From: Mobula hypostoma
Lineage: Eukaryota
Length of the DNA: 64,000 bases
NCBI RefSeq assembly: GCF_963921235.1
Contig: NC_086108.1
Coordinates: forward strand, 116,500,001 to 116,564,000
Reading direction: 5' to 3'
Positions 37,295 through 49,764 of the stretch are shown piece by piece. The notes under the pieces were generated by a model. The model made no database searches. It saw nothing but the letters and a program-made list of their open reading frames with translations, and was not told the origin of the DNA. The translations under genes were made by a program, and so were the position numbers. Every line of letters begins with the position of its first letter. Positions within the stretch are counted from its first letter, which is position 1.

Positions 37295-37553
37295 TGTCAT
37301 ACGATAGGCGTTGAAGACGGACCTAAATGCAAGACACAGACACTGAAGTACTGGGAACTGGACTGGACTAGAGTTAGGGACTGGAGTGGACACAGACTAG
37401 GAGCTGGGACAGGAACACAGACTTGGGCTAGGACTTTGACTAGGAAAGCAGGACTAGGACAAGGAACTGGGAACTAGGAGCCTGGGTTTGGCCTCCGAGC
37501 CAGAGACTGGATAAGGACCCAGAACCTGGATCTTGACTGGGGCTCGGACCCCG
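37295..37553. mobile_element. Truncated LTR-like fragment
   Basis: Begins TGTCAT exactly where the CR1 breaks and contains GGACT-rich short repeats. Second terminus absent. Confidence 0.5.
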
Positions 37554-37554
37554 G

Positions 37555-37645
37555 TTGAAGGGTCTCGGCCTGAAACGTCAACTGTACCTCTTCCTAGAGA
37601 TGCTGCCTGGCCTGCTGCGTTCACCAGCAACTTTGATGTGTGTTA
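37555..37645 (+). mobile_element. Penelope-like pLTR fragment (3' half of hammerhead)
   Basis: GAAGGGTCTCGGCCTGAAACGTC followed by sequence nearly identical to 25610-25681. Confidence 0.85.
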
Positions 37646-38839
37646 CAAGGGTGTTGCCTGGATTGGGGAGCATGCCTTCTGAGAATATGTTGAATGAACT
37701 CAACCTTTTTTCCTTGGGGCAACAGAGGATGAGAGGTGACCTGATAGAGGTGTATAAGGTGATGAAAGGCATTGATTGTGTGGATAGTCAGAGGCTTTTT
37801 CTCAGGGCTGAAATGGCTAGCACGGGAGGGCACAGTTTTAAGGTGCTTGGAAGTAGGTACAGTGGAGATGTCAGGGGTAAGTTTTTTACGCAGAGAGTGG
37901 TGAGTGCGTGGAATGGGCTGCCGGCGGCAGTGGTGGAGGTGGAAATGATAGGGTTTTTTACGAGACTCCTGGGCAGGTACATGGAGCTCAGAAAAATAGA
38001 GGGCTATGGGTAATCCTAGGTAATTTCTAAGGTAAGGACATGTTTGGCACAGCTTTGTGGGCCAAAGGGCCTGTATTGTGCTGTTGGTTTTCTACGTTTC
38101 TATGTTTCTAACTGATGTCAAACTCACCGACCTATAACTTCCTGGTTTCTGTTCAGAGCTTTTTTTAAACAGCAGAACAACATTGGCAATCCTCCAATCC
38201 TCTGGTACTTCTCCTGTCACCAAGGTAAATTTAAATATCTCTTTTAGGGCCCTGGCAGTTTCTGCGATTGCCTCCCATTGGGTCCAAGGGAACATCTTGT
38301 CAGGCTCTATAGATTTAACTAGCTTGATTGGCCTCAGGATAACAGACAACTCCTCCTCTTTAATCTGTACAGAGTCCATGAAGTTAATGCCGCTTTGCCT
38401 CACTTCTGTAGATTCCGTGACCTGCTCCTGAGCAGATACAGATGCAAATAATTAATTTTAAATCTCCCCTATTTGTTATGGCTCTACACATGGTCTTCCA
38501 GATGACCAATTCTGTCCCTTGCAATTCTTTTGTTCTTAACACATCTGCAAAATCCCTTTGGATTCTCTTTCACCTTGATTGCCAGAGCAACCTCATGCCT
38601 TCTTTTAGCCCTTGTTTCTTTCTTGTGTTCTCTTGCATTTCTTGTACTCCATATGCACCTTATTTGTTCTTATTTTCCTACACCTGCTTTGCAACTCCGT
38701 CTTTTCTCTTAAACAAGGCCTCAATATCTCTTGAAAACCATGCTTTCCTACATTTGTTATCTTTACCTTCTATTCTGACAGGCACATTCAGTCTTCATAC
38801 TCTCAAAATCTTGCTTTTGAAGGTCTCCCACTTACCAAG

Positions 38840-41015
38840 TCGTCATCCTCGTGGCTATCCCTCGAGGTCGAGGATGATGGTCTTTGTTCTGTTGATCTAC
38901 TTATGGGCTCTCAAGTGACTTATGAGTCCAATCTTGGCTTTGAAAGTTCTTCTGCATTCAGGACAGGTAGTTCCAGATGGCAGATCGGGCTTTGGTTGTT
39001 GCTGCCTCTCTTTCCATTTTCTTTCTTTTCTTCTAATTCTGCTCATCTGTTGGCTTCAAAAGTTGCTGTTTCTTCTCGGATGATGGCTTGCCAGAGTTTT
39101 CTGTCCTTGGCATTGGTTTCCCAATTGATCATGTCGATGTTACATTTCTTCATGTTGGTTTTTAAGATGTCTTTGAATCTCTTCTGTTGTCTGCCACTCT
39201 TACGTTTGCCTTCTTTAAGCTGGGAGTAGACCATTTGTTTTGGCAGACATTCATCTTTCATCCGAACAACATGACCTCTCCATCTTAGTTGGTTCTTGAT
39301 GACGTAGGCTTCAATGCTTGTTGTTTTTGTTTCATTTAACACACTGACGTTGGTTCTTCTATCTTCCCAGCTGATATTTAAGATGTTTCGAAGACAGCAT
39401 TGATGGAACTTTTCAAGTGCCTTCAGATGTCGTCGGTATGTTGTCCAGGTTTAGAAACATAGAAGACATAGAAACATAGAAAATAGGTGCAGGAGTAGGC
39501 CATTCGGCCCTTTGAGCCTGCACCGCCATTTATTATGATCATGGCTGATCATCCAACTCAGAACCCAGCCTTCCCTCCATACCCCCTGACCCCTGTAGCC
39601 ACAAGGGCCATATCTAACTCCCTCTTAAACATAGCCAATGAACTGGCCTCAACAGTTTGCTGTGGCAGAGAATTCCACAGATTCACCACTCTCTGTGTGA
39701 AGAAGTTTTTCCTAATCTCGGTCCTAAAAGGCTTCCCCTCTATCCTCAAACTGTGACCCCTCGTTCTGGACCTCCCCAACATCGGGAACAATCTTCCCGC
39801 ATCTAGCCTGTCCAATCCCTTTAGGATCTTATACGTTTCAATGCATACAGGAGCATTGGGATTACCACTGCTTTGTACACTAACATTTTGGTTTCTGTTC
39901 GGATGTCACGATCATGAAAGACCCTTGATCGGAGACGTCCAAAAGCTGTTCCAGTGCATTTAAGACAATGTTGGATCTCGTCATTAAGGTCGACTTTGGA
40001 GGAGAGGTGACTTCCAAGGTACAGAAAGTGGTCCATGTTTTCCAGGGTTATTTCGCCAAGTTGAATTGATGGTTCTATCCGATTTGTCTCGATTGGTGAC
40101 GGTTGATAGATGATCTGAGTCTTCTTGGAATTGATGGTAAGTCCAAGTTTCGTGTATGCACGGTTGAAGGCAGTCAGAATCTGTTGTAGGTGGTTTTCTG
40201 AGAGAGCTGCAAGACTGTTGTCATCTGCGTATTGGAACTCGATGAGGGAACTCATAGATGTCTTCGTTTTGGATTTGAGACGGGCAAGATTGAAAAGTCT
40301 GCCATCTGTTCTGTAGACAATTTCAATTCCTGGGGGTAGGTCGTCATTGATAATGTGGATGATTGTCGCAATGAAGATGGTGAACAAAGTTGGGGCAATC
40401 ACGCATCCCTGTTTTACTCCTGATCTAACTGGAAAAGGCTCACAGTTACTGTTGCTGACCATGACTGTGGCAAGCATGCTGTCGTGGAGGAGTCTCAGGA
40501 TTCGAATGTACTTTTCAGGGCATCCATAGGTGGACAGGACATCCCATAGGAGTTCTCTTCATACCGAGTCAAAGGATTTGGTGAGGTCAGTGAATGCCAC
40601 GTACAAAGGTTAAAGTTGTTCATGGCATTTTTCGTGCAGCTGTTGCATTATGAAGATCATGTTGATTGCTCCACGTGATGGTCTAACACCGGCTTGTGTC
40701 TCTGGAAGGATCTTCTCTGCTAAAGGCTTGAGCCAGTGTTCATGATGCGGGTGAGGATCTTTCCTGCTGTTGCTAACAGAGAAATTCCATGATAGTTTCC
40801 GTATTTGGATCGATCCCTTTTCCTTTTGTAGATAGTAACGATTGCTGAGTCTCTAAAGTCTGCTGGTACGTCTTCATTTATCCAGATCTTGACGAGAAGT
40901 TGATGCAGTTGATAATGAAGTGGGTCACCTCCAATTTTGTAGACCTCGGCTGGTATTCCATCGAGTCCAGCGTCCTTGTTGTTTTTCAAGGTTTTGATGG
41001 CTTCCTTGACTTTAC
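38840..41015 (-). mobile_element. RTE/BovB-clade LINE, 5'-truncated, degenerate
   Basis: GNYHGISLL, GVKQGCVIAPTLF, FQYADD, FLYLGS, QLRWRGHVVRM...QKRFKD; 3' stem-loop and GAC/GAT tail near 38840-38880. Confidence 0.92.
39452..39840 (-). mobile_element. CR1 3' fragment nested in RTE
   Basis: ORF 39558..39815; (ATAGAAAC)n tail; near identical to 30586-30970 and 62036-62420. Confidence 0.92.
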
Positions 41016-42259
41016 CAGAAAACAACCTGCCCTAATCCACACTTGCCAGGTCATTTCTGATACCTTCAATATTGGCCTTTCTCCAATTTACAATCTCAAC
41101 CTGTTGTCCAGACCTATCATTTTGCATATTTACTTTGAAACTAATGGCATTGTGGTCACTGGATGCAAAGTGTTCCCCTACACAAACTTTCGTCACCTGC
41201 CCTGACTCATTCCCTAACAGCAGATCCAGTACTGCACACTCTCTCATTGGGACTTCTTTGTACTGATAAATGAAACTTTCCTCAACGCATTTGACAAACT
41301 GTATCCCATCTAGTCCTTTTACAGAATGAGATTCCCAGTCAATATGTGGAAAGTTAAAATCACCTACTATAACAACCTTAATGTTATTGCAACAGTCGCA
41401 ATCTCTTCACAAGTTTGTTCCTCTAAATCTCTCGGACTGTTGGGTGGTCTGTCATATGGCTCCATTAACATGGTCATACCATTTTTATTTCTCAGTTCCA
41501 CCCATAATGCCGGACTAGATGAGTTCTTCAGCCTATCCTGAAGGAGCACTGCCGTAACATTTTCCCTGACTACTAAAGTCACCCCTCCTCCTTTAATCCC
41601 TCACACTCTGTCACATTGAACACAAAGGAACCCTGGAATATTCAGCTGCCAGTCCTGCCCCTCCTGCAACTAAGTCTCACTAATGGCTACAATATCATAA
41701 TTCCAAGTGTTGATCCATGCCCTAAGCTCATCCGCCTTTCCTACAATACTTGCATTGAAATATATACAGATCAGGACACTAGTCACACCACGTTCAACCT
41801 TTTGATTTCTAATTTTGTCAGAGGCCTTACCAACATCTGCCTCCACAACCTCTCCACTAACTGCTCCGGCACTCTGCATCCCCCTGCAACCCTAGTTTAA
41901 ACCCCACCATGGAGCTTTAGCAAACCACCCCGCTAGAATACTAGACCCCCTCTTGTTCAGGTGCAACTGTCTCTTCTGTACAGGTCCCACCTTCCCTGGA
42001 AAAGAACCAAATGATCAAGAAATCTTCTGCCCTCCCTCCCACATCATGTGTGCCCAGGTGTGATGAAAAACTTGCTTGTAGCAACATCACAGGCTCAGAG
42101 CATCAGATGGAAACAGAAAATTTACAGCAAATTACAGGCCGTTCGGCCCACTATGTTGTGCTGACCATGTAACTTATACTCTAGAACCTGTCTAGAATTT
42201 CCCTACTGCATAGTCTCTATCTCTCAGCTCCACATACCTATCCAAGAGTTCCTTAAAAG

Positions 42260-42660
42260 AAGAAAATAAGCAGCATTCACAAGAAAAACATAAAATAACT
42301 GTAAATTTTACACAATTTTTACAAGAAAGAACACAATTGGAGCAAAAATTCAACGAAGTCAACAGCTGTGCCAAGGAGTCACAGATTTGTTATACTGAGG
42401 TAATGATTAGGGTTGTGCCGGTTAGTTCAAGAACCAAATGGTTGAAGGGAAGTAGATGTTCTTGAAGCTGGTGGTTAAGGACTTCAGGCTTCTGTACCTC
42501 CTGCCTGACGGTAGCTGTGAGAAGATGGTTTGCTCCGGATAGTGAGGATCTTTGCCTTCTTCAGGCAGTGCCTCATTTCGATTCAACTGATGGTGGGGAG
42601 TGATGTGCCCATCACGTTTTGGGTGAAGTGCCCTTACTTTCTGTGGCTTCTTACATTCCT
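42260..42660 (-). mobile_element. Old Rex1/Babar-like 3' fragment
   Basis: FSQLPSGRRYRSLK...FKNIYFPSTIWFLN. Confidence 0.75.
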
Positions 42661-42749
42661 GCACATTGAACTCTACGAAGAACAGACAGAGGTCAGCATC
42701 AAACTCAGCATGCGGACAGGCAGCATCTGTAACCACTATTCGCTAATCA

Positions 42750-42878
42750 CAGGAGATCCTGCTGATGCTGGAAATCCAGAGAAACGTACACGAAATGCTG
42801 GAGGAACTCAGCAGATCAGGCAGCATCTATGGGGTAAATGAACAGTCAACCTTTCGGACTGAAACCCTTCATCAGGAG
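42750..42878 (-). mobile_element. Penelope-like pLTR copy with degenerate hammerhead
   Basis: CTGATGAAGGGTTTCAGTCCGAAAGGTTGACTG plus the shared GATGCTGCC...CCAGCATC tail. Confidence 0.8.
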
Positions 42879-43747
42879 TTTACTATTTTCAGAGATGCAG
42901 AAGAAATTTTTAATTATGTTTATAATGAACAAGCAGTTGAGTTATTTGTTTCTTTTAGTTTGGTCTTGCCTTGAATCTGTGCCCTCAAATTCTATTATTG
43001 AAATCTAACCTTCTTCCAAAAATAACACTTACACTTGATTTTTTACTACCTACTCAGAATAGACTGTGATGAAGCGATGCATCATATGGATTCTTACTTC
43101 AAAGTTGTTACTTACAGAGAACGATGTTACGATTACATAAACCTCATCAGACTTCCTATTCCATACTTGAAACTTGAGAATATGTGGCACAAATTTGTAC
43201 TACAGTTAAAGCTCATGAATTTACCCCACCTCACAGTTAATAAATGTGATTAAACGGCGTGACTCAGATCAAACACCCTTTACTCATACATCAACCCTTT
43301 CATTCCTTGGATAATTCTCTTGAATTTCCTCTGGACTCTTTCCAATGCCAGCATATCCTTTGTTAGATATGACAACCAAAACTGTTCACAATACTCCAAA
43401 TGTATTCTAATACGTTATAAAATTGAACATTAAAGCCTTCTCCTGACTTGTGTCTCCTGTTTGGGCATTCCAACTGGTCACTCCAGTGAAAGGCCCTGTT
43501 GGCACGTTGGACAGATATTAGTCATCTCCGCCCTTGGCCTGTGAGCTCTGTGGAGCTCCCTCTCCAACACAGGGCGAGCCTGCAGTCATTCCGGGAGCCT
43601 CTCAGTCACTGAAATGGACTTCCCACAAGCGCACAAATCATGGAAAATCAATCAACTGATAAAGAAACACAAGTCTGAGAGACAAAATACAGAGGTCCAC
43701 CTTCTGATATAAAGACAGACTCAAGCTCCCTCTCATTCGTAGACACA

Positions 43748-44280
43748 TCAAGTCAAGTCAGTCAAGTCACTTTTTATTGTCATTTCGACCATAACTGCTG
43801 GTACAGTACACAGTAAAAACGAGACAACGTTGTTCAGGACTATGGTGCTACATGAAACAATACAAAAACTACACTGAACTACGTGAAACAACACAAACTA
43901 CACGAGACCACAGACCTACCCAGAACTACATAAAGTGCACAAAACAGTGCAGGCATTACAATAAATAATAAACAAGACAATAGGCTCAGTAGCGGGCAGT
44001 AGGTTGGTGTCAGTCCAGGCTCTGGGTATTGAGGAGTCTGATGGCTTGGGGGAAGAAGCTGTTACATAGTCTGGTCGTGAGAGCCCGAATACTTCGGTGC
44101 CTTTTGCCAGATGGCAGGAGGGAGAAGAGTTTGTATGAGGGGTGTGTGGGGTCCTTCATAATGCTGTTTGCTTTACGGATGCAGCATGTGGAGTAAATAT
44201 CTGTAATGGCGGGAAGAGAGACCCCGATGATCTTCTCAGCTGACCTCACTATCCGCTGCAGGGTCTTGCGATCCGAGCTG
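43748..44280 (-). mobile_element. Rex1/Babar 3' fragment (second subfamily)
   Basis: ORF 44010..44288 DRKTLQRIVRSAEKIIG...LLPSGKR...SFFPQAIRLLN; (CAAGT)n tail. Confidence 0.9.
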
Positions 44281-44289
44281 ACCCACATG

Positions 44290-44866
44290 TGGGTACAGAG
44301 AAACTATCTCACTCAGATACTGATCCTGAGTTACACGCTCACCACACAGGCACAAGCACACAAGTAAACATTGTCTCACAAAATTCAGCCACACATTTAC
44401 CCCCATACATTTACACAAAGATAAAAACCAACCGTCTCTCACACACACACAGCCGGACACCACACAGACACAGTCTCACACACTCAAACATACAGTAACA
44501 CACACGCAGACGCAATGACAGATATATATACACACTCAGACATACGGTCACACACGTTCAGACACATAGTCACACAAACACACTCAGGTACAGTCACATA
44601 TACACACACTCACACATGATGACACACACTGTCACACGCACTCACACACAGTGACATAGTCACATACATATATACACATTCACGCATACACTGACGCACA
44701 TTCAAACATAGTGGCACTCAATTAAACAGATACTCACACACACAAATACTAATACACACTCGCACACATACATTCACACACTGTCATACAGAAACACACA
44801 GTGACACACCCAAACCCACAAACACACAAATACTAACAAACACAGTCACACACACAGAGTCATTCA

Positions 44867-44947
<81 letters not shown>

Positions 44948-44985
44948 CGTCATACACTCACAGACTTGCCGTGACACTCACAGGC
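44290..44985. repeat. Degenerate CA-rich tract with a near-pure (CA)n core at about 44876-44946
   Basis: Read directly from the sequence. Confidence 0.95.
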
Positions 44986-45415
44986 ACAGTAATCTGTCAG
45001 AGAAACGGACTTATTATTCCATGAATAAAGATGACCGTCTTGCTGTCTGAACCTTCTGCAAACTCTCCAAAGCAGCTCATCCATCCCGGGAAATATTCAT
45101 GAGGATCAGATCCGAGCTCCAGAAAGTCCACATCAGGCAGAGATTCTCACTTCCAATATCCTCTCTAAACATATTTGCTTCTGTGATGAGCAGCTTCAAA
45201 TGTCACTCCAGTCAGTCTCTGTGCTGCCGTCTCGGTGTTGTGCTGAGCGGGAGAGGCACCCTGGCGAAACAATCCCCACCCCCACCCCGTTCAGATCTTG
45301 TCGTGTCCCTTGGGTGGTCTGAACCCCACAAACTCCAGTAGCCGACCGGAGACAGGGATGGAGCAGGTGGGGAGGGTCGTCCTCATGGAGGTGTGGGGTT
45401 CAGGTAATCACCCAG

Positions 45416-45516
45416 CACCCAGGCCATTCAGCCCTTCAAGACTGGGAACACCCAGGCCATTCAGCCCATCGAGACTGGGAACACCCAGGCCATTCAGCCC
45501 ATTGAGACTGGGAACA
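45416..45516. repeat. 33-bp tandem repeat, 3 copies
   Basis: Unit close to CACCCAGGCCATTCAGCCCATCGAGACTGGGAA at 45416, 45449 and 45482. Confidence 0.95.
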
Positions 45517-45699
45517 GCTTTGGTCTTGCTAGCTGGGGAAGGACACAAGAACTGTGGGGCCAGTATAAGGGGGTTCACCAGGGATCAAAGGAGTGTCCCG
45601 TCATGAACAACTTACTGATACGCTTAATACAAAATTACTGGTCGTCCTGTATTGGGTGTTTTGGTGACATCTAACTGCAGAATAAATCGCACTGACGGG

Positions 45700-47245
45700 T
45701 GGAGTGGGTGAAGGGGCTCGATTACTGACCTGGTCTCAGTCATCGTTTGGCCCGCACTTGGAGTATTGTGAGCAGTTCTGGACCCTGTATCTGAGAACAG
45801 ATGTGTTGGCATTGCGGGGGGACCAGAGGAGGTTCACGTGAATGATTCTGGGAATGAAAGGGTTAATGTATGAGGAGCTTTTGCTGGCTCTGGGCCTGTA
45901 CTTGTTGGAGTTTAGGAGAATAGGGGGAATGTCTTTGAAACCTATCGAATATTGAAAGGTGTAGCTAGGGTGGATGTGGAGAGCATGTTCCCTATAGTGG
46001 GGTAGTCTAGAACCAGAGGGCCCAGCCCCAATACATAAAGATAACCCTTCAGAACAGAGATGAGGAGGAATCTCTTTCGCCAGATAGTTGAAAGTAAGTT
46101 TATTATGATAGTACATAAATGTCACCATATACGACCTTATTCATTTTCTTGTGGCCATTCACAGTAGACAAGGAAGTACAATAAAACCATGAAAAACACA
46201 CAAAGACTGACAAACAACCAATCTGCAAAAGAAGACAAATTGTACAACTAAATAAACATTGAGAACATGAGCTGTCAAGTCCTTGAAAGTGACTCATAGG
46301 TTGTGAAATTTTCTCTCGTGTTCACCAATCAGCTTCCCAGTTCTTTGCTTCGTCCCTCCCACTCCTGGTTTCACCTACCACCTTGTGTTTCTCTCTCCCC
46401 CCTCCACCTTTTAAATCTACTCCTCAGCTTTTTTCTCCAGTCCTGCTGAAAGGTCTCGGCCCAAGGCGGTGACTGTTGATTCTTTTCCATAGATGCTGCC
46501 TGGCCTGCTGAGTTCCTTCAGCATTTTGTGCGTGTTGCTTGGATTTCCAGCATCTGCAGATTTTCTCTTGGTTGTGGGATCAGTTCGGTTTTGTGGCGAG
46601 TGAAGTTGTCCCACTGGTTCAGGAGCCTGATGGTGGAGAGGTAGTAACTGTTCCTGAACCTGTACCTCCTTCCCGATGGCAGCAGCGAGAAGAGAGTGGT
46701 GTGGGTGGTGGGGTCCTTGATGACAGATTCTGCTTTCTCCTGGCAGTCTCCTTGGAGAATCTGTGGTAAATCTATGGAATTCTTTGCCACCGGCAGCTGT
46801 GGAGAACAACTCATTGGGTATAATTAAAACAGAGTCTGAGAGGTTCTTGATTAGTCAACGTGTCAAAGGTTACAGGGAGTGGGATACAGTGTTAGGAAAT
46901 GTCTGATAATGCATTTTAGTAAAAGGAACAATAGTGCGGACTATTACCTAAATGGGGAGAAGGTTCAAACATCAGAGGTGCAAAGAAACTTACGAGTCCT
47001 TGTGCAAGATTCCCAGAAGTTTAATTCACAGGTTGAGTCTGTGGTAAGGAAGGCAAATGCAATGTTGGCATTTATTTCAAGGAAATAAAATATAAAAACA
47101 AGGAGATAATGCTGAAGCTTTATAAGACACTCGCCAGGCCGCACTTGGAATATTGTTAACAGTTTGGGCTCCTTATATCAGAAAGGATGTGTTGTCATTG
47201 GAGAGAGTGCAGGGGAGGTTCACATGGATCAATTTGGGAATGACA
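45700..47245 (+). mobile_element. Mosaic of old CR1 (+) fragments with Rex1-like (-) pieces
   Basis: CR1 RT C-terminal remnants at 45700-46085 and 46760-47245. LLPSGRRYR on the minus strand at about 46600-46750. Confidence 0.7.
46310..46570 (+). mobile_element. Penelope-like 3' UTR/pLTR copy, hammerhead degenerate
   Basis: CAGTCCTGCTGAAAGGTCTCGGCCCAAGG...GATGCTGCCTGGCCTGCTG...CCAGCATCTGCAG. Confidence 0.8.
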
Positions 47246-47249
47246 GTGT

Positions 47250-47590
47250 CAGCAAATGACCCTCATATGTCTTCACCGTATCTGCTCTTGGGATGAGGCT
47301 TTTCATTCCAGAATGAAGGAGATGTCCTCCTTCTTCAAGGAAAGTGACCTCCCTTCCTCCCCCGTCAATGCTGTCCTCAACACATCTTTTCCATCTCATG
47401 TAAGTCTGCTCTTACCCTATCCTCCAACCACCCTATCAGGGATAGGGTCCCTCTTGTCCTCACCTACCACCCCACCAGCCTCCACGTCCATCACGTGATT
47501 CTCTGCAACTTCCTCTATATCCAACGTGATCCCACCACCAAGCACATCTTTCCCTCCTCCCCACTTTCTGCTTTTTCCAGGAATCACTTA
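47250..47590 (+). mobile_element. Penelope-like ORF internal fragment (RT thumb/linker)
   Basis: LHRICSWDEAFHSRMKEMSSFFKE followed by a VPLVLTYHP-like motif. Confidence 0.78.
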
Positions 47591-47604
47591 ATATTCTCTG
47601 ACTC

Positions 47605-49130
47605 TATGTCCACCCCTTTCTGAAGATGTAATTCCAACTCACCAACAGAGCCACACCACCTCCTATGCCTTCCTGCCTGTCCTTTGGATACAAAGTATAT
47701 CCTTTGATGTTAAGCTCCCAACTATGGCCTTCTTTCAGCCACGACTCAGTGATGCCCACAACATCATACTGACCAATCTCTAATGGTGCTATGAGTTTGT
47801 CCACCTTATTCTGAATGTTATCTGCATTTAAATACAGCACCTTCAGTCCAGCATTCTTTGCTGTTTTGAATTTGGGCTCAGAAGTACACTTTAACTCTTT
47901 GCTGTGTCTGAATTTGTACCCAGTCATTGGCGTGTCCTTCCTCATACTCATGTTACACCCATCACCTGCTTGTAAACCTGCTGGCTCATCCTCAGCTCTA
48001 TCGTATTGGTTCCCATCCCCCTGACATATTAGTTTAAACCACTCCCAACACCTCTAGTAAACCTGCCCGCAAGAATATTGGTCCCCCTCCCCCCACTGGA
48101 TTCAAGTCCAACCAGTCTCTTGTGTATAGGTTACACCTGAAGAGCTCCCAATGATCCAGAAATCTGAATCCCTGCCCCTGCTCCAATTCTTCAGCCAGCT
48201 ATTTATCTGGCAGCTCAGCCTACTCCTGTCCTCATGTCCCACGGCACAGCCAGCAATCCCCAGATTACTACCCTTGAGCTCCTGCTTCTCAACTTCTTTC
48301 CTAACTCCCTGTTTTCTCTTTTTAGGACCTCCTCCCTTTTCCTACCTCTGTCGTTGATACCAATATGTTCCATGATTTCTGGCTGCTCACTCTCCATTTT
48401 CAGGATATTGTGGACACTTTGAGAAAGTCTGTTCACTCTGGCATCTGAGCGGAAAACTACCATCTGTGTTTATTTTTCGCATCTACAGTATCACTAATAT
48501 GTCCTCCTGACTATAGAATTCCCTTTACTGCTGCCATCCTCTTCCGTTCCCCATCCTTGTGAGCCACAGGGCCAGACACAGTGCCAGAGGGACAGCAACT
48601 GTTGCTTTCCCCAGGGAGGTCACCCCCCCACCCCTGACAGGACTCAAAATGGAGTACTCATTGTTGAGGGGGACAGCACGGGGTGCTCTCCACATCTGAT
48701 GTTCTCCCTTCGTTCTCCTGACAGTCACCTATTTTTCTGTCTCCTGTTGCCTTGGCATGACTACCTCCCTGTAGATCTTGTCTATCACCTCTTCACTTCT
48801 CCTAGCTAGCTGAAGGTCATCAAGCTACAGCTCCAGTTCCCTAACACGGTCTACAAGGAGCTGCAGCTTGATGTGCCTGGTGTACGTCTGGCCACCTGGG
48901 AGGCTGGTAGTCTCCCGGAAATCCTACACCTGACACCCAGAACAGAACACATGCCTCCTATTCTATCAAGAGTTAAATTAGAAAAAGAAATAAGTAGTAC
49001 TTCTTACCTTGCCTTTGCCTGTTCTCGCCAAAGCCTTGTTGAGCCAAAGCCTGATTACCCTGACTCAGACTACTCCGACAATGACCGCTCCCACGATGAC
49101 CGCTCCACTAGACAGTACCCCTCTGTTCTG
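47605..49130 (-). mobile_element. CR1 5' part (ORF1 esterase and EN start), degenerate
   Basis: LYLNAD...GITESWL (47604..47951); HIGIND...SRVVI (48215..48463). Confidence 0.85.
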
Positions 49131-49284
49131 GAGTCTGGGCTTTTAAAGCTCTTTACTGGACCCGCACAGGAATGCTTTCATTGCGTCTACGCAGTATGCC
49201 AATCAAAGGATCCCTAACTCTGGTCAGGATCCCTGAATACTATGGGATGTCATTTCCGGTCCCTGCCATGTCCTCTGCCCACCT

Positions 49285-49740
49285 TCAGACAAGTGAGAGG
49301 GGATGTTGTATATTTGGATTTTCAGAAGGCTTTTGACAAGGTGCTGCACATGAGGCTGCTTAGCAAGATGGGAGCCCATGGTATTACAGGAAAGATACTA
49401 GCATGGATGAAGATTAGCTGACTGGCAGGAGGCAAAGAGTGAGCCTTTTCTGATTGGCTGCCAGTGACTGGTGGTGTTCCACAAGGGTTAGTCTTGGAAC
49501 TGATTCTTCTCACGTTAAATGTCAAGGTTTTGGATGATAGAATTGATGGCTTTGTGGCCAAGTTTGCAGATAATACAAAGATAGGTGGAGGGTCAAGATG
49601 AGGGATAGGTGGAGGGTCAGCTAGTCTTGAGGAAGCAGGGAGTCTGCAGAAAAACTTGGACAGATTCAGAGAATGGGCAAAGAGGTGGCAAATGGAATAT
49701 AGTGTAGGGAAGTGTATGGTCATGCACTTTGGTAGACCAA
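49285..49740 (+). mobile_element. CR1 RT fragment
   Basis: YLDFQKAFDKV, GVPQG and KFAD remnants. Confidence 0.8.
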
Positions 49741-49764
49741 ACTTGTCTGAAATTTTGCAATTGA

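Larger units (their letters stand above)
34824..38110 (+). mobile_element. CR1 LINE (EN-RT-3' end), degenerate, with nested CR1, LTR and Penelope pieces
   Basis: GDFNFPNINW and SDH; RT 36539..37066; 3' end and tail at about 38090-38110. Same subfamily as 15984-23319. Confidence 0.9.
38111..42045 (-). mobile_element. Old CR1 (ORF1 end, EN, RT N-terminus), interrupted by RTE
   Basis: YFNASIVGKADELRAWI...ISET (41670..41879), SDH (41032..41247), VPEDWRIANVV (38092..38403). Confidence 0.85.

Noticed and set aside
43440..43740. Cys-containing minus-strand frame (CACGK...ICPTCQQ) in non-repeat sequence
   Set aside because: It has in-frame stops and no recognisable family, so an exon call cannot be supported.
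45005..45145. Minus-strand peptide ending SKTVIFIHG, reminiscent of alpha/beta hydrolases
   Set aside because: It is short, has a stop just upstream, and lacks convincing splice sites or neighbouring exons. Likely chance.
45416..45516. CRISPR-like 33-bp repeats
   Set aside because: The units are directly adjacent with no spacers, there are no cas genes, and the context is eukaryotic.
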